Shown piece by piece: positions 18,702 through 25,684 of a DNA stretch of 34,715 nucleotides (position 1 is its first letter; every line of letters starts with the position of its first letter). The DNA comes from a virus. The position numbers were made by a program, and so were the translations under genes. The notes beneath the pieces were generated by a model. That model did not search any database and had not been told where the DNA came from. It was given only the letters and a program-made list of their open reading frames with translations. The stretch lies in IMG/VR virus record IMGVR_UViG_3300020036_009482, positions 1 to 34,715 of that record; one strand, written 5' to 3'.

Positions 18702-19222
18702 TTCACTCCTTTAGCCGGGTAGGTACGAAGTTGTTGGACGTTGGTAAGTTTAGCTCCTGGAACATCAAGACCGTTTAACAAGGCGGCTTTTATACGTTCC
18801 TTGTTAGGTGTGTAAACGGTTTTCATGTCCAGATACTCAAGAGGCAGAAGCCCTTCATCAATCACCTCAACTGCCTCTTGCGCACTGGTAAGTTTAAAGC
18901 GCACTTCATCTCCCGCGAGTTCATCGCTACCGAGGAGAATCATGGCTTGTTTAAGATTGAACCTTAAGCTCTCATATACTCGTTTATATCCCTTTGCAGT
19001 CTTAAGGTTCTTTTCGGCTTTTAACTTGTATTGACTCTCAAGGAGTTTACAGCGTTCTATAATAGCAGCGTAAGAATCGATCTTTTTCTCGCGAGCAATA
19101 ATTTCAGAATTATAACGAGCTTCGATTTCAGAGTTAATTTCACCTTGTGATTCAAGTATCTGAAGTTCGAGATCGTGCAGGGACTTGGTGATTTCAATGA
19201 GCGATTGATTTGCCACACACAT
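18698..19222 (-). CDS. Gp157-family protein (recombination-module partner)
   Basis: 174-aa coiled-coil N-terminus plus a C-terminal ...TVYTPNKERIKAALLNG..VPGAKL tail typical of siphovirus Gp157-like proteins. It overlaps the annealing-protein gene by 4 nt. Confidence 0.6.
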   Translation of the reverse strand: MCVANQSLIEITKSLHDLELQILESQGEINSEIEARYNSEIIAREKKIDSYAAIIERCKLLESQYKLKAEKNLKTAKGYKRVYESLRFNLKQAMILLGSDELAGDEVRFKLTSAQEAVEVIDEGLLPLEYLDMKTVYTPNKERIKAALLNGLDVPGAKLTNVQQLRTYPAKGVK

Positions 19223-19251
19223 TACCTTTCTGCCGTGAGAACGGTCACATG

Positions 19252-19280
19252 CGTATTACGCTATTTCTAGTTTAAGTCAA
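19252..19280 (-). promoter_or_regulatory. sigma70-like promoter for the Gp157/Sak operon
   Basis: On the minus strand: TTGACT (19280-19275), 17 nt, TAATAC (19257-19252). It lies about 30 nt upstream of the 19222 start. Confidence 0.5.
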
Positions 19281-19291
19281 CTCATAAAGGT

Positions 19292-19390
19292 GGAGCCCCT
19301 AGGAGGTAAGATAATAATTTGGAGTTTATTTTTGAGACTTTTATGACAAAAAACACTTTTTTGGTGAGAAACAACCTCTTAAGGGGCTCC
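19292..19390. repeat. 15-bp GC-rich inverted repeat enclosing a 68-nt AT-rich spacer
   Basis: GGAGCCCCTAGGAGG (19292-19306) pairs with CCTCTTAAGGGGCTCC (19375-19390): 9 bp + 1 bulge + 6 bp. Confidence 0.85.
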
Positions 19391-19452
19391 ATAACCATTG
19401 TAGCAGCTTATTGAGACTTGAATATTGTGCGAGGAGTTAGGGAAAAATAAGG

Positions 19453-19505
19453 AAGCCCGAGAGCCCTTGTTGATTAGACAAGGACAATCGGGCTTAATCG
19501 TTTTT
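19453..19505. terminator. two-tier hairpin with T5 on both sides (bidirectional terminator candidate)
   Basis: AAGCCCGA/TCGGGCTT and CCTTGT/ACAAGG stems. A T5 run lies 5 nt downstream in either orientation. Confidence 0.45.
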
Positions 19506-19513
19506 GCGAAACA

Positions 19514-19562
19514 GATTGATTCAAGGGTTCCACATCGGAACGAATAAATCAATCTTTTTTTT
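19514..19562 (+). terminator. intrinsic terminator, plus-strand polarity
   Basis: GATTGATT/AATCAATC and GTTCC/GGAAC stems are followed immediately by T8 on the + strand. Confidence 0.6.
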
Positions 19563-19923
19563 GCTGTGCCAAGAGCCCACCATTTTGCATAGGACTTATG
19601 CAACTGTGGAAGCCGAAGGAGGGAAGCCTTTGGGATCCAATGGCGATGGGGGGCCCTTTAGGAGACGAGACGACACTGACCCAGTGTTGGACTGACAGGC
19701 CTAGAGGTGAGGTAACTGGTGACCTTTCGTGGAAAGTGTGGGGATAAGACGAAACCGTAACCCACTAAGACGGAATCAAACAACCGGCTGTCTGGCTCCA
19801 TGCCGTTATACGGTCAATGGCCATAATGCTAAGGCGGAACGAGGACCCAGCTCTGCTCATAAGTGATTTGAGCACGAGTCGTGGGTATATAACCCTTGTT
19901 CTGCCTTCTCCTTCCGTAACCGG
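19563..19923. other. GC-elevated ORF-free segment; candidate structured non-coding RNA, strand unresolved
   Basis: No credible ORF on either strand. My hand count gives about 52-60% GC per 60-nt line, against much lower values in neighbouring coding lines. Several local hairpins are present. Confidence 0.4.
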
Positions 19924-20208
19924 TCAATTTACAGTCTTAAAGTACAGAGCCGCCAAATAGTCATGTTGAGCAGATGTCAGTTGCTTTTGATCAAAGACGG
20001 CGATCGCGCATTGTTTTAGAAATCGTCTTTGTTTTTCGTTAAAAAGTTCGGGATTCATGGTGCAAGCTTCGACCATGACTTTCATTCGTGGAGTAGGTTT
20101 TAGGCCGAGTTGTCTTTCAACGCTTTGAATAAAGTCTTCGCGCGATATCTTGGCTTTTTCGTAGTTAAATATGGACAGTTGCTGACCGTTATAGTGTATT
20201 ACGCTCAT
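19924..20208 (-). CDS. hypothetical protein
   Basis: 94-aa ORF with protein-like composition. AAAGGGTGAG lies upstream of the ATG. Confidence 0.6.
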   Translation of the reverse strand: MSVIHYNGQQLSIFNYEKAKISREDFIQSVERQLGLKPTPRMKVMVEACTMNPELFNEKQRRFLKQCAIAVFDQKQLTSAQHDYLAALYFKTVN

Positions 20209-20285
20209 TACTCACCCTTTCAGTTAAACAAGTTGAAGGTTCATGCGAATTTGTGGTTCGCGTGAAGTAGTGAGTAAAATGATTA

Positions 20286-20329
20286 GGCAGGTTGTGCAAA
20301 TAAAAAATGCGCAATCTGCCTTTTTTTTT
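20286..20329 (+). terminator. strong intrinsic terminator, plus-strand polarity
   Basis: A 13-bp stem (20286-20298 / 20308-20320) with two G-U pairs that become C-A mismatches on the minus strand. The loop is 9 nt, followed by T9 (20321-20329). Confidence 0.7.
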
Positions 20330-20537
20330 ATAAAAATTCGTGTATGTCGGATAAGTTACAAACAATGTATCGTAACGTATTGTCACAATAAGTTGTTGGA
20401 ATAATTACTCCCAGTCTTTACCAAAGGCTAAAAGGGTGCCTACCGCTGCAATTATCCATGGGTTTACCCCGGCTCGAAATAGAAATACCAAGGTAGCAAA
20501 CCATAGGATTACGTCATTTGCTTCACGCGAAAACACG

Positions 20538-20771
20538 CTAGTCCTTAAGCTTTTCCTTTTTTATAGAGTCCAAGGTCAAATCAGCTGTTTTAAAGATATC
20601 CTCAAGGCTTATCAGGCGATCCACGGCACTTTTAACCACCGCTGCCTTCGATCGGGCCTTGATGTACTCCATGCCGTTTATAAGGGCATCATTGTGCCTT
20701 CTAAGAACCTTAATCGCCGCTTGTAAGTCGCGAATCATGTCTCCATCCTGGTTGTCGCTCATTCCCATCAT
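20538..20771 (-). CDS. hypothetical protein
   Basis: 77-aa helical ORF. Confidence 0.5.
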   Translation of the reverse strand: MMGMSDNQDGDMIRDLQAAIKVLRRHNDALINGMEYIKARSKAAVVKSAVDRLISLEDIFKTADLTLDSIKKEKLKD

Positions 20772-20973
20772 TATACGACATAAAACCAGTTATTCTCTTG
20801 AACTCCCTAAGAATTTGTGCAGCACTTGGTCGATCCATAGGATCCTTGGTCTGACACTCAAACTCCAACCAATCTAAAAACATACGAGCCTTGGCTACCT
20901 TAACCATAGGACTCATTCGCTCTTGCAGAAATCTGGACCCCTGCTCCGACAATATTCCTCTCTCGTCTGACAT
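20710..20973 (-). CDS. hypothetical protein
   Basis: 87-aa ORF. Its 3' end overlaps the next gene by 62 nt, so one of the boundaries is uncertain. Confidence 0.45.
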   Translation of the reverse strand: MSDERGILSEQGSRFLQERMSPMVKVAKARMFLDWLEFECQTKDPMDRPSAAQILREFKRITGFMSYNDGNERQPGWRHDSRLTSGD

Positions 20974-21143
20974 CTAAACTCCTTCCCATCCCAAACCCTG
21001 GGACAAATCTCACCTGTGGAGCACGATGCTAATAACAAGTAAAGTATTACAGCAAATAAATAAGTCTTATTCGACCACCCTGTTAGCTTCGAAGGAGTAG
21101 AAACCGCATTCAACATAAAGCCTGTCACTAACAACAGTAACAT
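20913..21143 (-). CDS. small Cys-rich lipoprotein (superinfection-exclusion candidate); start uncertain (Met1 or Met10 at 21116)
   Basis: The hydrophobic stretch YLFAVILYLLLASC ends in a canonical lipobox (LASC). The mature part is about 36 aa with 5 Cys. Confidence 0.5.
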   Translation of the reverse strand: MLLLLVTGFMLNAVSTPSKLTGWSNKTYLFAVILYLLLASCSTGEICPRVWDGKEFRCQTREEYCRSRGPDFCKSE

Positions 21144-21519
21144 AACAAGACGATATTTGGCGGCTTAATGGGTTCTTCCCAACCGTGTTCACAAGAAGCA
21201 TCTGGGTTGTATAAAAGTCATCGTCATAATGCTCAGATTTAGGAACAGTGATTACAAGTGAGCTAGGTAAAGTCACATCTTCCTTTTCAAGGTTATCAAA
21301 GGCCACCATATTGGCGTCTATCTCCATTTGGCAGCGTCCAGAAAAGGTTATCCCCTCCCACTTCCCTACAACATCCCATGCCCCACAAGGACCCGATAAA
21401 AGGTCATCTCGATGGCTTGGGGCGGTGTTAGCGCCAGTGTCAATATTGGCGTCCCCATTAACATTTACAGTACAAGCTCCGGTTAAACTCATAGCTATCA
21501 TTAATACGATCTGTTTCAT
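21067..21519 (-). CDS. secreted protein / lipoprotein
   Basis: The preferred ATG at 21519 lies 8 nt after AGGGGGA. The signal is MKQIVLMIAMSLTGAC. Confidence 0.6.
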   Translation of the reverse strand: MKQIVLMIAMSLTGACTVNVNGDANIDTGANTAPSHRDDLLSGPCGAWDVVGKWEGITFSGRCQMEIDANMVAFDNLEKEDVTLPSSLVITVPKSEHYDDDFYTTQMLLVNTVGKNPLSRQISSCYVTVVSDRLYVECGFYSFEANRVVE

Positions 21520-21544
21520 TTTTGTTTCCCCCTGTATGTATAAC

Positions 21545-21592
21545 ACTGTATTACATAATTACATTGAAGTCAATTAAAAAAGGGTGTATTAC
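21545..21592. promoter_or_regulatory. divergent, overlapping sigma70-like promoters between the leftward and rightward blocks
   Basis: Plus strand: TTGAAG (21564-21569), 17 nt, TATTAC (21587-21592). Minus strand: TTGACT (21573-21568), 17 nt, TACAGT (21550-21545). ATTACAT and TGTAT direct repeats lie in between. Confidence 0.4.
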
Positions 21593-21601
21593 TTAAGCAG
21601 T

Positions 21602-21769
21602 ATGAAAAAGAAACCAGGCCCAAAGCCAAAAGATAACTCAAGAATTCGCGTAGTTACGCTGAGGACAAACCAATCCCTCTACGAAGCCGCAAAAAAACTA
21701 AAACTTAATATCTCCTTAATACTCCACAACGCCTTAGCCCAAGCCGTAGCAAAGGCCTTTAAGAGATAA
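21602..21769 (+). CDS. small ribbon-helix-helix-type DNA-binding regulator candidate
   Basis: 55 aa: MKKKPGPKPKDNSRIRVVTLRTNQSLYEAAKKL..., a basic N-terminus followed by a beta-strand and two helices. The in-frame ATG is preferred over the track GTG at 21584. Confidence 0.45.
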   Translation: MKKKPGPKPKDNSRIRVVTLRTNQSLYEAAKKLKLNISLILHNALAQAVAKAFKR

Positions 21770-21771
21770 CC

Positions 21772-21990
21772 ATGGAGCCCTACAACGTCGTCAAAATAGA
21801 CGAAATAACCCTAAGACACCCAGGACAAATCCTAGTCCAAAGCGAAACTCTAGAATGCTGCCAACAAGGCATCAGTGATCTCTATAAACGCTACCCAGTT
21901 GAGGGCTACCAAACCTCACACACAAAACCAGAAAAAAGTAAAGAAACCGGACTCTGGGAATCTAGAATTCAAATATGGAGCTGTGAATGA
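21772..21990 (+). CDS. hypothetical protein
   Basis: 72-aa ORF, closely packed with its neighbours. Confidence 0.5.
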   Translation: MEPYNVVKIDEITLRHPGQILVQSETLECCQQGISDLYKRYPVEGYQTSHTKPEKSKETGLWESRIQIWSCE

Positions 21991-22487
21991 TACAGGCTAA
22001 GGAGATAAAGATTGTCCCTATCGATGAGATTAAACCCAATCAGGACAATCGTAAGAAACATCCAAAAAAACAAATCGAACGCCTAGCAAAGATCATAGAA
22101 ACCGAAGGATTCAGAAGCCCACTTATAATCTCCAACCGCTCCCAAAAGCTAATAGCAGGACACGGCAGACTGCTGGCAGCCAAACACTTGAAACTCACAG
22201 AAGTCCCCGTAATCTACCAAGACTTCGATAGCGATGAACAAGAATACCGCGTCGCCATCGCCGATAACGCCATAAGCGAAATGGGAGAACTCGACCTCTC
22301 TAAAATCCACGTCGACCTCTCAAACCTCGACGCCTTCGATATCGACCTTTTAGGTATAGATAACTTCCAATTCGAACCCATTTCTAAAATGCCAGACATA
22401 AACTTAGCCCCACCCCTAGAAATGATTACCTGCCCACATTGCAAGGCCCAGTTTGAAAAAAACCAAGCTTCAAGTACAATTCTATAA
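21987..22487 (+). CDS. ParB N-terminal (ParB-like nuclease) domain protein
   Basis: IKPNQDNRKKHP...FRSPLIIS...KLIAGHGRLLAAKHLKLTEVPVI matches the ParB/Srx box pattern. Confidence 0.75.
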   Translation: MIQAKEIKIVPIDEIKPNQDNRKKHPKKQIERLAKIIETEGFRSPLIISNRSQKLIAGHGRLLAAKHLKLTEVPVIYQDFDSDEQEYRVAIADNAISEMGELDLSKIHVDLSNLDAFDIDLLGIDNFQFEPISKMPDINLAPPLEMITCPHCKAQFEKNQASSTIL

Positions 22488-22493
22488 AGGGGT

Positions 22494-22652
22494 ATGGACG
22501 AAGATAGGCTTGATGAACTGGAATATATAGTTCGTGAATCACCAAGATCCATGGTCGAACTCTACCGAACAGATGTCATCCAACTCATCGACCTCGCACG
22601 AGAAACCCTCAAAACTCAAAAAGACCAAGAGGAAAAAGATCTGGGGATCTGA
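22494..22652 (+). CDS. 52-aa helical ORF, probably the true N-terminus of the downstream HNH protein (frame broken at an A5 run)
   Basis: Not in the track because it is under 60 aa. It encodes MDEDRLDELEYIVRESPRSMVELYRTDVIQLIDLARETLKTQKDQEEKDLGI and ends inside the 22534 ORF. Confidence 0.4.
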   Translation: MDEDRLDELEYIVRESPRSMVELYRTDVIQLIDLARETLKTQKDQEEKDLGI

Positions 22653-22947
22653 CCCCGCCTTCCTCAAAGCAATCCGTAAACTACCTTGCATACTCTGTGG
22701 GAGCCCTCCTCCCACCACTGCCTCTCACATAAAAACCCGCGGCTCAGGAGGCAAAGACGAACCCTTCAACGTCACACCCATGTGCTTTGACTGCCACCGC
22801 TACTTTGAAGATAATCGCAGAATCGTAATAATGAACAAATCCTACTTTCGCCAATATCTGAAAGAATTAGGTTGGGAAATCTGGTTCCAAAACAATAAGT
22901 TAATCATGCACCACCCAAAATATAACGACAAAGTAGAAATCCGCTAA
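22534..22947 (+). CDS. HNH-type nuclease (DUF968/Ref-like; C-x2-C ... H ... C-x2-C-H)
   Basis: Motif LPCILCGSPPPTTASHIKTRGSGGKDEPFNVTPMCFDCHRYFE. The N-terminal 39 codons from the GTG are low-complexity and overlap a better-looking frame. Confidence 0.65.
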   Translation: MNHQDPWSNSTEQMSSNSSTSHEKPSKLKKTKRKKIWGSDPAFLKAIRKLPCILCGSPPPTTASHIKTRGSGGKDEPFNVTPMCFDCHRYFEDNRRIVIMNKSYFRQYLKELGWEIWFQNNKLIMHHPKYNDKVEIR

Positions 22948-22985
22948 AGTTGTTATAATCTAAAATCCGATATATCCTGAAACTA

Positions 22986-23237
22986 ATGAAACCCAATTTC
23001 ACACAAGGCGCAGTAATAAACGCCCTCCAAAAAGAAAACGACTATCTAAGAGCTCAAGCACAAGCCATGGCTCAAACCACCAAACTCATCGAAGCCGCCG
23101 TCACCGGCCTATGCGTAAATAACAACGATCCCAAAACCATCGCCGACAAGGCTATCCAAATTGCCGGCGCAGTAATAATGCATCTTGAACAACTTGGCCA
23201 ACCTGACAAGGAGACTCAAAGTGGCGGGACGACCTAA
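22986..23237 (+). CDS. hypothetical protein
   Basis: 83-aa helical ORF. Confidence 0.5.
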   Translation: MKPNFTQGAVINALQKENDYLRAQAQAMAQTTKLIEAAVTGLCVNNNDPKTIADKAIQIAGAVIMHLEQLGQPDKETQSGGTT

Positions 23238-23595
23238 GCTAGAGCTAGATGAAAACCTCATTCTCAGCCTCGCTCGCATACACTGCACCCATAAAGAAAT
23301 GGCCTCAATACTCGGCTGCTCTACCGATACACTCAAAGATAATTATTCTCACTTAATAGAAAAGGGTCGAGATGAAGGGAAAATGAGCCTTAGAAGATCT
23401 CAGTTTAAAAAGGCTATTGATGATGGGAACGTCGCCATGCAAATCTGGCTTGGTAAACAATATCTAGACCAAAAGGACAAAATTGAAAATAACCAAATCG
23501 TTCAACAAGCACGCCCTGCGACACCAGAAGAAATCAGAACCATCATGGCCTCCGATTACTTCATGAACTCCTCTGACAAATACGAAGTGCAATGA
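23221..23595 (+). CDS. terS: terminase small subunit (HTH type)
   Basis: GTG at 23221 lies 7 nt after AAGGAG. AGRPKLELDENLILSLARIHCTHKEMASILGCSTDTL...GNVAMQIWLGKQYLDQKD is typical of small terminases. The gene lies upstream of terL. Confidence 0.6.
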   Translation: MAGRPKLELDENLILSLARIHCTHKEMASILGCSTDTLKDNYSHLIEKGRDEGKMSLRRSQFKKAIDDGNVAMQIWLGKQYLDQKDKIENNQIVQQARPATPEEIRTIMASDYFMNSSDKYEVQ

Positions 23596-23912
23596 AACCC
23601 CTCGAACAACTCAAGCACGACTTAAAAGAAGAAATAGCTAACCTAGGCTCACCTCTTCTAAGAGACGTGCTCGAGAACATCGACGCCCTTGAACAACAAG
23701 TAATCCATTTACAAGCTGAGCTTGAGGGAGTTGATGAACAGTTTAATGAAATTAACTCAACATTCGAAAGCCTTAAGCTACAGGCTCAGAAAATCTCAAA
23801 CGAACGAGACGCCATAGCTGAACTACACAAACAAGTTATAAGGGAGATACTCAATGGAACTCATCAAACTAGGGAAAAGGAAAATAACAGCTCGGAAGTA
23901 CTCCCAAGTTGA
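23592..23912 (+). CDS. hypothetical coiled-coil protein
   Basis: 106-aa ORF with an ATGA overlap to terS. Confidence 0.5.
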   Translation: MKPLEQLKHDLKEEIANLGSPLLRDVLENIDALEQQVIHLQAELEGVDEQFNEINSTFESLKLQAQKISNERDAIAELHKQVIREILNGTHQTREKENNSSEVLPS

Positions 23913-24102
23913 CGAAGGTAAACTAAAAGTATTCACACCCAAGGGTTGGGTTAGACCCTCTCATGGGGACTATCTTATGCCTATTGACAAAACCACGACC
24001 CTCATCATCAACGGTGACGCCATGGAATATCTTATGAAGAAAGATGAGAGGGATGAACCAAGCCAAGAGTCCGTTGAATTAGACGAGCACATTGATGCGT
24101 GA
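23854..24102 (+). CDS. hypothetical protein
   Basis: ATG lies 7 nt after GGGAG. The 3' end overlaps the terL GTG. Confidence 0.5.
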   Translation: MELIKLGKRKITARKYSQVDEGKLKVFTPKGWVRPSHGDYLMPIDKTTTLIINGDAMEYLMKKDERDEPSQESVELDEHIDA

Positions 24103-25454
24103 CTCCAGAAATCGAAGCCTACGCTAGAATTATCCAGGGCCTACACGAAAAGTTCCAGCCACACCCTGCCCAAATAAAAATAGGCCAAGCCCTCATAAGA
24201 GATAACTTCAAAGACGTATTTGTTGAGGCAGGACGAAACCTAGGTAAAACAACACTCGTTTGTTACCTTCTATGGAGATGGGCTGCCCTTAACCCCGGAA
24301 GTGAGAACTACTACTTTGCTCCATACATGAAGCAAGCCCGTGAGATTGTGTGGGCATCTTATATGCTTCAAAACTTTGGTCCAAGAGAATGGGTCTTTGA
24401 TGAGAACAACACTGAGATGCGTATCCCTTTTAGAAACGGCTCATTCATCAAGGCCGATGGCTCAGACAACGTAAATGCTTACCGGGGAGTTAAACCCAAC
24501 GGACTTATCGTGTTTGATGAGTTTAAAGACTTTAGGCCAGAATTCTACGATGCCTTCGACCCCAACCGCGCAGCTTACAATGCTCCACTAATTATCATCG
24601 GCACCCCTCCTGATAGGCAATGCCAGTTCTCAGAGGTTAGAGACGCATACAAAAAGAACCCAACTAAAGCCTACTTCCACGCTCCCACCACAGATAATCC
24701 CTACATCAGTAAAGAATGGCTCGAATCAAAAAGACTAGAGCTTATTGAACGGGGCGAGGAAGACGTATGGCAAAGAGAATACCTAGCCCTGCAAGTAACC
24801 AGTGGCGCAACAAAAATATTCCCAATGATCGACAAGTCTTTAGTCAAACCTCATGGCGAACTCATGCATTCAATAATGAGAGATTTAAAACGGCTAGAAT
24901 GGATTTGGTTTGCCGATCCTGCAGCCGCCTCAACATTTGCTGTACTCTTTGTAGCCTACAACCCATATACCAAGATGCTCTATTTGCTTGATGAGATCTA
25001 CGAACAAAACCAAGCTCAAATGACTGTCGTGCAAATCGGTAAACGCATTTTAGAAAAAAGAGATGAGCTAAATTCAAGAGCCGAGTGGAGACAGGGCTAC
25101 GATGAGGCAGCAACGTGGTTTCAAAACGAAATGCTTGATCACTTCAGTGAACATCTCGAACCAAGCCAAAAGTCAGCAAACGATAAAGAAAGCGGACTCA
25201 CACTCATCAAAGACGCCATTTTAAAAAACAAAGTCGTTATTTCAGACCGCTGCGTTAAGACGTTTAGAGAGATGGATAATTATTACAAGGATAGAAACGG
25301 TAATATCCCCAAGAAAGATGACCACAACATTGATAACCTTCGATACATTCTTGCGGCCCTGTATTACTCGCTTCATTCCGAGAAAGAAGAAGAAATTGAC
25401 GATTATCCACTTGGCGGCAGGTCTACAAGTCGTAAATTAACAGGTATACTTTAG
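24099..25454 (+). CDS. terL: terminase large subunit
   Basis: Walker A-like EAGRNLGKTT, Walker B-like LIVFDEF, and C-terminal nuclease motifs (WFADPAAAS, DEIY, DDHNIDNLRY). 451 aa. Confidence 0.9.
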   Translation: MTPEIEAYARIIQGLHEKFQPHPAQIKIGQALIRDNFKDVFVEAGRNLGKTTLVCYLLWRWAALNPGSENYYFAPYMKQAREIVWASYMLQNFGPREWVFDENNTEMRIPFRNGSFIKADGSDNVNAYRGVKPNGLIVFDEFKDFRPEFYDAFDPNRAAYNAPLIIIGTPPDRQCQFSEVRDAYKKNPTKAYFHAPTTDNPYISKEWLESKRLELIERGEEDVWQREYLALQVTSGATKIFPMIDKSLVKPHGELMHSIMRDLKRLEWIWFADPAAASTFAVLFVAYNPYTKMLYLLDEIYEQNQAQMTVVQIGKRILEKRDELNSRAEWRQGYDEAATWFQNEMLDHFSEHLEPSQKSANDKESGLTLIKDAILKNKVVISDRCVKTFREMDNYYKDRNGNIPKKDDHNIDNLRYILAALYYSLHSEKEEEIDDYPLGGRSTSRKLTGIL

Positions 25455-25459
25455 AAAAA

Positions 25460-25666
25460 ATGGAATTAGTCTACGCAGCTTGTATAGCATCGCTAATGAT
25501 TAGCACTGCATGTATTGTATTGTGCTTCTACTCGTTGAGTGAAGTAAGCGCATTTAAAAAATCAACTCACAAAATCCAAATCATAAATCCTGCAACACAA
25601 GAATTTACAACATTGTCAGATGAACAAAAGAAGGAATTGCTTCGAGATCCGTTTGACAACATTTGA
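25460..25666 (+). CDS. small membrane protein
   Basis: 68 aa with N-terminal TM AACIASLMISTACIVLCFY. Confidence 0.5.
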   Translation: MELVYAACIASLMISTACIVLCFYSLSEVSAFKKSTHKIQIINPATQEFTTLSDEQKKELLRDPFDNI

Positions 25667-25684
25667 AATTAGGGGGCTCAATTA

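Noticed and set aside
19379-19695. Track ORFs 19379-19603 (-) and 19504-19695 (+) in the ORF-free region.
   Set aside because: Their composition is odd and they have no RBS. They run through hairpin/terminator structures and the T8 tract, so they are probably chance ORFs in GC-richer sequence.
19575-19914. Long-range 6-7 bp complementarities in the GC-rich island: GCCCAC/GTGGGT and GAAGGAG/CTCCTTC.
   Set aside because: Several such matches are expected by chance in 360 nt, and the two candidates cross each other. They are not used as evidence for structure.
20440-20520. TTCGAGCCGG on the minus strand, resembling a tRNA T-arm.
   Set aside because: I could not draw an acceptor stem, D-arm or anticodon arm around it.
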